NCBI GenBank assembly: GCA_021801385.1
Contig: JAJYYC010000002.1
Coordinates: 45,238 to 109,237, forward strand
Direction of reading: 5' to 3'
DNA: 64,000 bases
Origin: Candidatus Micrarchaeota archaeon
Lineage (GTDB): Archaea; Micrarchaeota; Micrarchaeia; Micrarchaeales; Micrarchaeaceae
Below are positions 32,600 to 41,200 of this stretch, one piece after another; the first letter of the stretch is position 1; every line of letters starts with the position of its first letter. The position numbers and the translations under genes were made by a program. Below the pieces are notes generated by a model. That model saw only the letters and a list, made by a program, of their open reading frames with translations, searched no databases and was not told the origin of the DNA.

Positions 32600-34570
32600 A
32601 TGCCGAATAGTCCGCAGCATAGGGTAGAGACAGGTTCATGGGAAGTGCTCATTGAGATCAATAGCAAAAGGCCTGAGGACACATCCGCAGATCCTTCTGA
32701 GAAGGTGCTTGCGCCTTATCACAGGACCATGGAGGAGATCGAGCGCATGCCGGTTGTAGAGAAGACCATGACCGTCTGCCCTGAATGCAAGCTCGTCATA
32801 AATGGCATACTGTACAAGGACGGAGATAACGTAATGATAAGGAAGTTCTGCCCGGAACACAAGTGGACTGTTGAGAAGTACTGGGAGGACTATGATATGT
32901 ATATGAAGATGAAGCGCTACAACTATTTCGGAAGAGGCTTCGAGAATCCTAATTATATAACAGAGACGAAGGGTGCGAACTGCCCATTTGACTGCGGCAT
33001 GTGCGAAAGGCACAAGTCGCACACCGGCCTTGCGAATGTAGTGATAACGAACAGATGCCACTTATCGTGCTGGTACTGCTTCTTCTATGCGAAGGAAGGA
33101 GAGCCGATCTACGAACCCGGCCTTGACGAGATCAGAAAGACGTTCAGGAACCTGCGCAGCCAGAAGCCGATACCTGCGAATGCGATACAGATAACAGGCG
33201 GCGAACCGATGATGCACCCGCACATCATAGATGTGGTGAAGATGGCAAAAGAGGAAGGATTTGACCAGATACAGCTAAACACCACAGGTATAATAATAGG
33301 ACAGAATCCCGAGATGGCATACCAGCTCAAGCACGCTGGCGTTAGCACACTCTACATGAGCTTTGACGGTGTCAGCAAGAGGGCCAACCCGAAGAACCAC
33401 TGGGAGGTTCCCCTAACGCTTGAGGCGATGAGGAAAGCGGGCGGCAACGTGGTTATGGTGCCTACGGTAATAAGGACCATAAACGACCATGAGCTTGGGG
33501 CGATGATAAACTTCGCAATCAACAACATAGACGTTGTCAGGGCGGTGAACTTCCAGCCTGTTTCGCTTGTGGGCCGTATGCCAACAAGGCTAAGGGAGAA
33601 GCAGCGCATAACGATACCTGGAGCGATAAAACTGATCGAGGAGCAGACCAACGGCGTGATAAGGAAGGAACACTGGTTCTCTGTCCCTTATGTCGGAGGA
33701 CTTAACAAGTTCATAGAGGCGCTCACCGGCGAATTCAAGTACGATCTCTCTATACACTTCGCATGCGGCGCTGGCGCATACATATTCATCGATAGCGACA
33801 ATAAGATAGTGCCGCTCACAGAATTCCTCGATGCGCCTGGCCTGCTCGAACACCTGCAGAAGGCGATAAACGAGATGGATGGAAAGGGCAAGATTATGAG
33901 ACGTGCGATCGCAGTCAGGGCGCTCCTCGGAGTTGGCAAGTTCATAGACAAGAAGAAGCAGCCAAAGAGCGTCAACTTTATGAAGATGCTCATGTCGCTC
34001 TTCCTGAAGCATGACTTCGCAACGATGGGTAAGATACAGATGAAGAGCCTCTTCCTTGGCATGATGCACTTCCAGGATGAATACACCTATGATATACACA
34101 GGGTCGAGAAGTGTGACATACACTATGCGATGCCTGATGGAGAAGTGCTGCCATTCTGCACGTTCAACGTATTCCCTGAGGTATACAGAGACAAGGTACA
34201 GAAGCAGTACAGCATACCGACCAGCGAATGGCAGAAGACGCACAATAACTGGACGTATTCAAAGGACAAATACATGAGGGACGTCAAGGCGCTAGAGCAG
34301 ACACCGCAGTACATCAAGACCTATGGGAGCCTTATAGATTACTTTGCTCTTCCGGTGAACGGAGGCAAGGCGGTCAGTTCATTCAGCAGGCCGACAGAGC
34401 CGCAGAAGGTTGCGGTTGTCGCGACAAACGCTGGAAAGACCGAGCAGGTCGAAGAGACTGCCTCACCAGCACAGGCGGTCCATTCGGATCATGCAGAAGG
34501 CGATTCGTGTGGATGCGGATCTGGTGGTTGCGGCTGCGGAAATGACAGCTGCGGATGTGGCAGCTGTTAA
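32600..34570 (+). CDS. radical SAM enzyme homologous to tetraether lipid synthase (Tes / GDGT-MAS, MJ0619 family) with a C-terminal (Cys-Gly)n tail
   Basis: N-terminal zinc ribbon CPECKLV...KFCPEHKW, then CPFDCGMCERHKSHT and the radical-SAM site NRCHLSCWYC (CxxxCxxC). The tail is DSCGCGSGGCGCGNDSCGCGSC. The Tes assignment rests on remembered family architecture. Confidence 0.7.
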   Translation: MPNSPQHRVETGSWEVLIEINSKRPEDTSADPSEKVLAPYHRTMEEIERMPVVEKTMTVCPECKLVINGILYKDGDNVMIRKFCPEHKWTVEKYWEDYDMYMKMKRYNYFGRGFENPNYITETKGANCPFDCGMCERHKSHTGLANVVITNRCHLSCWYCFFYAKEGEPIYEPGLDEIRKTFRNLRSQKPIPANAIQITGGEPMMHPHIIDVVKMAKEEGFDQIQLNTTGIIIGQNPEMAYQLKHAGVSTLYMSFDGVSKRANPKNHWEVPLTLEAMRKAGGNVVMVPTVIRTINDHELGAMINFAINNIDVVRAVNFQPVSLVGRMPTRLREKQRITIPGAIKLIEEQTNGVIRKEHWFSVPYVGGLNKFIEALTGEFKYDLSIHFACGAGAYIFIDSDNKIVPLTEFLDAPGLLEHLQKAINEMDGKGKIMRRAIAVRALLGVGKFIDKKKQPKSVNFMKMLMSLFLKHDFATMGKIQMKSLFLGMMHFQDEYTYDIHRVEKCDIHYAMPDGEVLPFCTFNVFPEVYRDKVQKQYSIPTSEWQKTHNNWTYSKDKYMRDVKALEQTPQYIKTYGSLIDYFALPVNGGKAVSSFSRPTEPQKVAVVATNAGKTEQVEETASPAQAVHSDHAEGDSCGCGSGGCGCGNDSCGCGSC

Positions 34571-34581
34571 GGTGCATATAG

Positions 34582-35259
34582 ATGGATCACAGCTCAGGCC
34601 ATTCTGCACATGAGGCAACGATAAACGAGTCTTTCGACCCTTATGTTGTTGAAAATGGCAAAAGGTATATGGTTCCATACAGGATCATAAAGCGCGCTGT
34701 TTTCGAAAACATCGAGAGGGCTCAGCTTATTGACATACCCCACGCGGCTAGGCTTCAGTACAGGCTTATGCTCATGGACCCTGTCATAAAGGCGAGCGTC
34801 GATTTCACCAAAGCGAAGATAACCATATTGTACAACCATATTGGCGCAGACAACAACAAGGAGAAGATAAGCATAGAAGAGCTCACCGCCTTCCTCGCGA
34901 AAGAGGGGGTCATGACAAACCCTTCATACACGATAATCGAGGATTATGATTATTACAAGAACTTCTACTCTTATGCTTATAACCCTGCCAAAATCAGGGA
35001 GCGCGCTCCTTACGGATATACGATGGAGCAGTGGCAGAAGATGAAGCCGGATTGGGAGATCAAGATGGTCGAGGGCGAGGCGGCAAAGAAGGCTAAATTC
35101 AAGGCGTTCCAAGAGTCATATCTTGACTCTAACCCTGATGCGGCCGCAGTGGTTGAACCTGGCAGAGCCCCTAAGAAGAAGCAGAAGCCCACGCTGAAGG
35201 AGCGCATATTCGGAAAGAATAACTCCAACGGCAAGGGATTCTGGTTCCACGGGATCTAA
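34582..35259 (+). CDS. hypothetical protein, His-rich N-terminus, possible degenerate HMA-like fold
   Basis: MDHSSGHSAHE..., and VIKASVDFTKAKITILYN resembles the beta-strand pattern of heavy-metal-associated domains but has no CxxC. Starts 11 nt after the radical SAM gene. Confidence 0.55.
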   Translation: MDHSSGHSAHEATINESFDPYVVENGKRYMVPYRIIKRAVFENIERAQLIDIPHAARLQYRLMLMDPVIKASVDFTKAKITILYNHIGADNNKEKISIEELTAFLAKEGVMTNPSYTIIEDYDYYKNFYSYAYNPAKIRERAPYGYTMEQWQKMKPDWEIKMVEGEAAKKAKFKAFQESYLDSNPDAAAVVEPGRAPKKKQKPTLKERIFGKNNSNGKGFWFHGI

Positions 35260-35269
35260 TTGTGAGTTT

Positions 35270-35917
35270 ATGTCGGCGGAGGCACTCATCGTAGATATTG
35301 ACGCTTTCTTCGCGGAGACCAAGGACATAAGGGATTATTATACCGAGAACATAAGGAGCGTATATGGGCCTTATATCAGCGATATAGATCTATCGAAATA
35401 TGATGGCACAGTAAAAGAGATTGTCACTCAGATATTCAAAGACCATGAAATACACGAGGATGTAGACGCGAAGATAGAGACATTCTCGGACGAGCTCCCA
35501 TATGCGTATTACAATGTCGCAGGGCATGACAACATCATTGTCAGGCCGGGCGTAAAGGATCTCATATCAAAATCAGAAAAGGGCGGATTCATTGTAGGAG
35601 TTGGTACCAACTGCCTTAGCGAGATAGCAAAGATAAAGTTCGACCGTGCAGGCATAGCATCAGATGCGTTCAAGTTCTATGAATACGGAAGCGCATCAAG
35701 AAGATCTTCTGATGTGATAAACGCCGCGCTTGCGGATGTTGATGCGCAGGGCATAGAGAGGTCATACGCGGTACTGGCCAGCGCATCGCAATCGATGATA
35801 AACGCCGCAGCGTCGCTAGGGGTCAGAACGATAGGCATAGGCAACAAATCGCTTTCAGGAACCACTGCTGCGATCCCTGACTTCAGGAATATCATTGGCA
35901 TTACATTGAAAATGTAG
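35270..35917 (+). CDS. hypothetical protein, weakly HAD-like
   Basis: LIVDIDAFF could be a degenerate HAD motif I. Otherwise unassigned. Confidence 0.5.
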   Translation: MSAEALIVDIDAFFAETKDIRDYYTENIRSVYGPYISDIDLSKYDGTVKEIVTQIFKDHEIHEDVDAKIETFSDELPYAYYNVAGHDNIIVRPGVKDLISKSEKGGFIVGVGTNCLSEIAKIKFDRAGIASDAFKFYEYGSASRRSSDVINAALADVDAQGIERSYAVLASASQSMINAAASLGVRTIGIGNKSLSGTTAAIPDFRNIIGITLKM

Positions 35918-35919
35918 CG

Positions 35920-37557
35920 CTACAGCGCAGCCATCAGGCTTCCTATGTTTATCTCTGCGATCGATACCGGCTCCTCTATCTTGAAGTTGTTAAGCACCAT
36001 AGGATTGACCTCGCCTATTACGCCTATCTCCTTATTGTTGACGTAGACCTTCGCCTGCCTGCCCTTTATCATGCGCTCTGATGAGGAATCCTTGAAGCTT
36101 ATATCCGGGTTACCAAGCGGTTTAAGCAAACCTACAAGATGAGATTTTATTGATGCAAAGTCCGCCTTTGGCCCGCATGACGCAAAACATGCCATCATAA
36201 TTTCATACACTTTTGTGTCCCTGACTGAGAATACGTGGCCCGCCTCAAATATGTTCTGAGGCATCGGATCGTGCGCCGATGCTGAGATCGTTGCCAGCAC
36301 AGATGGCATAAGAGAGCTCCTGAGTATCGATCCGCTCTTCGAATTGGCCAGCACAACGCTCTTTTTTTCGTCGAAATTCTCTCCCATCGATTCGAATTCG
36401 TCTTTCTCTGTTGTGATGTACATGCCCATCGATTCGGTGAACCCCATCCCGATCAACAATAAGGATAATTTTTCTACGAATTCGTTAATCTCCTCCTGCT
36501 TTCCGATGGAATTACCGAATACCGGTTGTGGTTTTATGTTTTCATATCCGTAGGAGATCGCTATGTCCTCTACGATGTCCTGGCTTGATATTACATCTGC
36601 GCGGTACTGAGGTATCATCACCATTATTGACCGTCCGTATTTTGCGGTCACATAACCCATTCTGCCTGCGAGCGCCATGATGCGCTCATCGTCTATCTCG
36701 ATCCCGAGCGTGCGCTCCACATCTGACCTGCGCAGGTTTATTATCCTCACTGACATATCTGGAGTGGGCTGATCTTTCCGTTTTGAGACAATGCAAGGAT
36801 ACACATCTGCTCCCGCATCGATCATGCTGCATGCTATCATTCTCGCTGCCTGGTTTATCGCTGGGTAGGTTCCGGTTATGTCTATGAACAGGTTGCGCGT
36901 CCTGCTCGTTACCTTTGTGGTATCAGAATTAAGTATCGGTATCAGTGCGATTGTGGTCTCACCGGCCTTCAGCACAGGATATCTCTTTTTGTCTAACAGT
37001 GCACCGAACTCTATCCCTTTTTCATGAGTATTGACTATTGTCGTGTAATCTTGACTGGATGTTGCACCCAATGGCACCATGGATCCGTGTGTCTCTGCCG
37101 CATAGGTTACCTCGCCCTTTACCATGTCAAGGTCATGCAGCCCCACAGACATCTTGCGCCTCTTTCTCCCGAAGGTCGCTGAGAGCTTCTCAGTGAATGC
37201 GATAAGGTCATCGGCCTTGCTCCCAGAGAGATCTATGTTCCTTACCACAATACCCGATATTTGCGGCATCGTTTTAGATATGGTTCTATCCACATTTATG
37301 CGCAGCGCAGGATCCTGCTTCAGCGTATATTCTTTATCCTTTGGCCTGCGCTTTCCTGAGAAAAGCTTGAGCGCACGTATCATCCCGGTTGTGTCCATGA
37401 GGTCCATTCTGTTGGGTGTGAACTCTATTGTTATGCTCTCCTTGTCTGTGGACTCGACAGACATGCCAATCCTGTCTATCATAGATTTTATCTCATCTTC
37501 TGTCGCTCCGGATTCCTTGAGCCTTGTCATGCTTAGCGTAATCGTTGGCACATTCAC
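35920..37557 (-). CDS. pheT: phenylalanine--tRNA ligase beta subunit (archaeal type)
   Basis: 545 aa with B3/4 and B5 domain patterns. It overlaps pheS by 4 nt. Confidence 0.9.
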   Translation of the reverse strand: MNVPTITLSMTRLKESGATEDEIKSMIDRIGMSVESTDKESITIEFTPNRMDLMDTTGMIRALKLFSGKRRPKDKEYTLKQDPALRINVDRTISKTMPQISGIVVRNIDLSGSKADDLIAFTEKLSATFGRKRRKMSVGLHDLDMVKGEVTYAAETHGSMVPLGATSSQDYTTIVNTHEKGIEFGALLDKKRYPVLKAGETTIALIPILNSDTTKVTSRTRNLFIDITGTYPAINQAARMIACSMIDAGADVYPCIVSKRKDQPTPDMSVRIINLRRSDVERTLGIEIDDERIMALAGRMGYVTAKYGRSIMVMIPQYRADVISSQDIVEDIAISYGYENIKPQPVFGNSIGKQEEINEFVEKLSLLLIGMGFTESMGMYITTEKDEFESMGENFDEKKSVVLANSKSGSILRSSLMPSVLATISASAHDPMPQNIFEAGHVFSVRDTKVYEIMMACFASCGPKADFASIKSHLVGLLKPLGNPDISFKDSSSERMIKGRQAKVYVNNKEIGVIGEVNPMVLNNFKIEEPVSIAEINIGSLMAAL

Positions 37558-38978
37558 ACCTTTAGCTCTTCCCTGTTATTCAGCCAGCCTATGTCGTTAT
37601 GGTATAGATCGCTAAGCGAATCTATCTTTATTGAGCGCATGATGAGCCGTTCTATCCCCATGCCCCAAGCAAGCACCGCCTTGTCGGTTCCCATCGCCTT
37701 TGTTATCTCATGTCGCATGACCCCTGCACCTGCGAGCTCAACCTCGCTTCCAAGGTCCTCATTGAAGTAGTGTATCTCCAATCCTGGTTCCACGAACGGG
37801 AAGTATGATGGCTTGAGCCTTGCCTTTGGAAGTCCAATCTGGTCCATGAACTCCTTCAGCGTGTATATCAGGTTAGATAGTGTGAGTCCGTCTCCGATCA
37901 TTATGCCGTCGACCATATGCAGCTCCGCAAGGTGTTTGTAATCTATAGCTTCGTTCCTGAACACCTTGCCTATCGAGAAGAGCTTTACAGGTTCGCTTGC
38001 GGTGACCATCTTTGCGAATTTCCTTACATTTCTAACAGATACGCTTGTGGTATGGGTGCGAAGCAGCGCGTGCTTTGATATTTCGGTGTTGAACTGATCC
38101 GACCAGCCTTTCTCATGGCTCGATTTTATCGAATTGAGCGCTTCGACATCTTCGACATCCATCTCTTTCGGATTTGATAGGAAGAACGTGTCCTGCATGT
38201 CCCTCGCGGGATGGTCCTGCGGTACGAAGAGCGCATCGAAGTTCCAGAACGCGGGCTCTATCATAGGGCCGGAAACCTCTATGAAACCCATGCGCAGCCA
38301 AACATCTCTAATCCTATTTATGAATTCGCGCATTGGATGCCTTCTGGCAGGGAATGTGCGGCCAGAATCTACTGTCACATCGTAAGGCCTTAGCTTTGTG
38401 TGTTTCCATCTTCCGGTTGTTATCATCTCGCGAGTTAACGCGCCGGCTCCTGAGGCTTCGATACTCAGATCCGCCTTGCCTAAAGAGACTATCGGATCAG
38501 AATGTGATATCTCCTCTGTCGCAAGACCGCGCTTAATTGCGAGATTAATCATTACATTGTCCGCATGCTTGCCTTCAGAGATTGATTTCAACGCGTTTCT
38601 GAGCTCATACGATCGCATAGATCTGCCATCTGCTGTTGGTTTTATCACGCCTTCTGATATTGTTATCCAATTGTTCTTCTTCGCCCACATCAGACCTATC
38701 TTGTCTGTATTTTTATTGACAGTCTGCTTGCCAGAGATAGCCGATTTGAGGAGCGATTCCTCCGGGAATTCTCCTTCCAGATAGCCCTGCGCCTCTTTTG
38801 TGAGCGTGTATGAGATTGATTCGCTTCTCTCAACCTTCGCCGCGCCGCTAGAGGATAGGTTTTCTACAGCCCACATCACTTTGTCACGCGAAAGCCCTGT
38901 CTTTTTTTCCAGCTCTGTTACGCTCATACGCTGGCTCTCCTTTAGCGCCTTAAGCACAGCGGATTCGTATTCATGCAT
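37554..38978 (-). CDS. pheS: phenylalanine--tRNA ligase alpha subunit
   Basis: Class II motifs: FRNEAIDYKHLAELHMVDG (motif 2) and GMGIERL (motif 3). N-terminal wHTH repeats. Confidence 0.9.
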   Translation of the reverse strand: MHEYESAVLKALKESQRMSVTELEKKTGLSRDKVMWAVENLSSSGAAKVERSESISYTLTKEAQGYLEGEFPEESLLKSAISGKQTVNKNTDKIGLMWAKKNNWITISEGVIKPTADGRSMRSYELRNALKSISEGKHADNVMINLAIKRGLATEEISHSDPIVSLGKADLSIEASGAGALTREMITTGRWKHTKLRPYDVTVDSGRTFPARRHPMREFINRIRDVWLRMGFIEVSGPMIEPAFWNFDALFVPQDHPARDMQDTFFLSNPKEMDVEDVEALNSIKSSHEKGWSDQFNTEISKHALLRTHTTSVSVRNVRKFAKMVTASEPVKLFSIGKVFRNEAIDYKHLAELHMVDGIMIGDGLTLSNLIYTLKEFMDQIGLPKARLKPSYFPFVEPGLEIHYFNEDLGSEVELAGAGVMRHEITKAMGTDKAVLAWGMGIERLIMRSIKIDSLSDLYHNDIGWLNNREELKV

Positions 38979-38990
38979 ATGATCAACTAT

Positions 38991-39818
38991 TTATCTGGCT
39001 CCTACCTTCAGGTAGATATAGAATATTATGGCGAGTATCACTATCGCAATGACTAGGTAGGAGTATATCCCTGCTTCCCCATATACCGCACTAAAGAATG
39101 ATGTGACCTCGCCGCCTATGCTCTGCTTTATCACGAAGTCAAAAGTGAATTTTGATAGCGGCTCTCCGGAGTCCCACGAAACTGTTGTTACATTCTTGTA
39201 TCCGTTTGTGAACGCATACGGAGGCAGGTCTGGGAGCGGATATACTGATTTTATCTCTGCTCCCTGCGGTATCGTCAGGGTGAGTGTGGTATTTGGCGGC
39301 AGGAACTGGCCGTTCGCTCCGTTCGCAAAGTTGAACACAGAGGTATTAAACTTGTATTCGAAAGTGCGTGGGGCGGTCTGGTTCAATGATGTTACGTTCT
39401 TGACTACGTATTGGAGCACCACATATGATATGTTCTTGCCATATTGTTGTATGATAGGACCAGGCAGCAGCCTGAAGTCATAGCTCCCGGCTTTTGGATT
39501 TATTATGTTGCGCTGTAGCTCCGGACCGATTATCTGCTGCCATCTGCTTAGCGTCAGATTGAGCGCCTCTCTGCTCGTAAGGTACTGATTCACGGATTGG
39601 GGGCTCACTATTACCTCGAATGACTCGTTTACAGAAGCTGTGGTGTTGGAATTTAGGGTTACGTTCACCTTTATCCCAGATACCGTATATGAGGCTGATG
39701 CTGTGTGTATAAGCGCGGCAGCCATTACCGCTAGTATTACGTATAAAATCGCATGCCTGCCCATTAGCCCACTAAATCCTCTTTTACGAGCTTCTATAAA
39801 TAGGTTGTGTGGGCTCAT
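38991..39818 (-). CDS. surface protein with N- and C-terminal TM anchors and many N-glycosylation sequons
   Basis: TM at ILYVILAVMAAALI and at the C-terminus (YSYLVIAIVILAIIFYIYL), with more than 10 N-x-S/T sites between them. Confidence 0.65.
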   Translation of the reverse strand: MSPHNLFIEARKRGFSGLMGRHAILYVILAVMAAALIHTASASYTVSGIKVNVTLNSNTTASVNESFEVIVSPQSVNQYLTSREALNLTLSRWQQIIGPELQRNIINPKAGSYDFRLLPGPIIQQYGKNISYVVLQYVVKNVTSLNQTAPRTFEYKFNTSVFNFANGANGQFLPPNTTLTLTIPQGAEIKSVYPLPDLPPYAFTNGYKNVTTVSWDSGEPLSKFTFDFVIKQSIGGEVTSFFSAVYGEAGIYSYLVIAIVILAIIFYIYLKVGAR

Positions 39819-40597
39819 GCCATCTCGGATAATATAGATTTTATGAACGACGCTGTGTCGTTTGGGTTACCCACCTGCACTGTCTGCACGCCGGTCTTCT
39901 TCACTTCATAATCGTTGCCCCCTTCGAAGAGAGCGTCGCCTATGAATATTATGTCTGAAACAGTGACTCTGAGGTTTTCGCATATCATCGCGATCCCGTA
40001 TGCCTTGTCCTGACCTTTGCGCGTTACGTCGATTGATGTTGTGCCGCCAATCTTCGCTTCAAACCTGCCTCCAAGGTGCTCGTCTATTTTTGCGAGTATC
40101 GATCTTCTTTTTTCGTGCTTCGGATCCCATTTATACTTCTTATCTGCAGGCGCTGACTGGCCGAGCGCAGAAAAGGTTATCTGCGATCCCCTGTCCTCTA
40201 TCTGCTTGCCGTAGACTTCCCCTGTAATTTTTACCCCTGATGCCTTAACCGCAGCCTCAAGCGCGAGCGTTATCACCCTCTTTTCATCTTCTGTGAGGTC
40301 GTGCGAATAGACCTGTGAGAAATCGTGATTGGAGCTATCATATCGGTACATCTGGGTGCCTGATGTCGGGAATAGATATAGGTTTGAGAGCTCATCCGGA
40401 TTAGCCTTTATCGGCTTCACTAGCTTATCAATAAATTGGGAATATGTGCTGCCGCTTATGACAGCGACCTTTCTCTTTCGCAATAATTGGCGTAACACCG
40501 AAATTACCGGCTCTTCAATAGATGACTTGGATTTTGTTAGAGTTCCGTCAAGGTCGAAGACGAATACGCGCTTAGATGATGCAGATTTTATGTCCAT
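39815..40597 (-). CDS. HAD-IIB hydrolase, phosphomannomutase (eukaryotic PMM)-like
   Basis: VFVFDLDGTLT, VAVISGSTYSQF and FIGDALFEGGNDYEV parallel the PMM motifs FDVDGTLT, VGGSD and GGNDxEI. Confidence 0.75.
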   Translation of the reverse strand: MDIKSASSKRVFVFDLDGTLTKSKSSIEEPVISVLRQLLRKRKVAVISGSTYSQFIDKLVKPIKANPDELSNLYLFPTSGTQMYRYDSSNHDFSQVYSHDLTEDEKRVITLALEAAVKASGVKITGEVYGKQIEDRGSQITFSALGQSAPADKKYKWDPKHEKRRSILAKIDEHLGGRFEAKIGGTTSIDVTRKGQDKAYGIAMICENLRVTVSDIIFIGDALFEGGNDYEVKKTGVQTVQVGNPNDTASFIKSILSEMA

Positions 40598-40746
40598 TAC
40601 TTCGCCGCGTGCGCTTGCGCGCCACGTGGATTTATCGCCATTTAGCTATTTATAATGTTGCGATGAACCGAATGGTTGTAACCCGCATGTGCGGCCCAGT
40701 CATCATATTATAAATACTTTCCCGAGAGAGATAGGATAGTGGTTTT

Positions 40747-41199
40747 ATGATAACCGGACTTACGGTTCTGAACGTCAGCGGAAGGGTAGATTCAGCTCAG
40801 GCACTAGGAAGGCAGAGATTCCCAAGGCTGAACATAAATATAGACAAAGTGGAAGGATCAGGCGAACGTATTAACGTTGGTTTCTCGTTCGTTGCGGACT
40901 ACATGGACGGCGACTCAAAGGAGGCGAAGAAGGTCGCTGAGATAAAGCTTGACGGCACCGTAGAGGTATCCGACACAAAGGAGAATACCAAGGCGATGCT
41001 GGCCAAATGGGAGAAGGAACACATGCTCCCAGTAGATATCGCAGAGGAGCTCATAAACGGGCTAAACTTCAGGTGCAGCTCAGCTGGCACACTCGTCGCT
41101 TATTCGATTGGTTTGATACCTCCAATGGTTATCAGCACGACCAAGATACAGGGCGCTTCCCCTGCCCCAGGCACCGGCCAGGGCACAGCAAAGCGCTGA
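40747..41199 (+). CDS. hypothetical 150-aa protein coupled to polB (possibly SecB-like fold)
   Basis: The stop at 41197-41199 is 1 nt before the polB ATG. The C-terminal LVAYSIGLIPPMVIS loosely recalls SecB gfPPl.L. Confidence 0.6.
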   Translation: MITGLTVLNVSGRVDSAQALGRQRFPRLNINIDKVEGSGERINVGFSFVADYMDGDSKEAKKVAEIKLDGTVEVSDTKENTKAMLAKWEKEHMLPVDIAEELINGLNFRCSSAGTLVAYSIGLIPPMVISTTKIQGASPAPGTGQGTAKR

Positions 41200-41200
41200 T

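Noticed and set aside
32636-34243. Several 80-217-aa minus-strand ORFs (32636..33061, 33109..33348, 33352..33651, 33590..34243, 33688..34086)
   Set aside because: All lie antisense within the radical SAM gene, which has clear zinc-ribbon and CxxxCxxC motifs. They are typical shadow ORFs of GC-moderate coding DNA.
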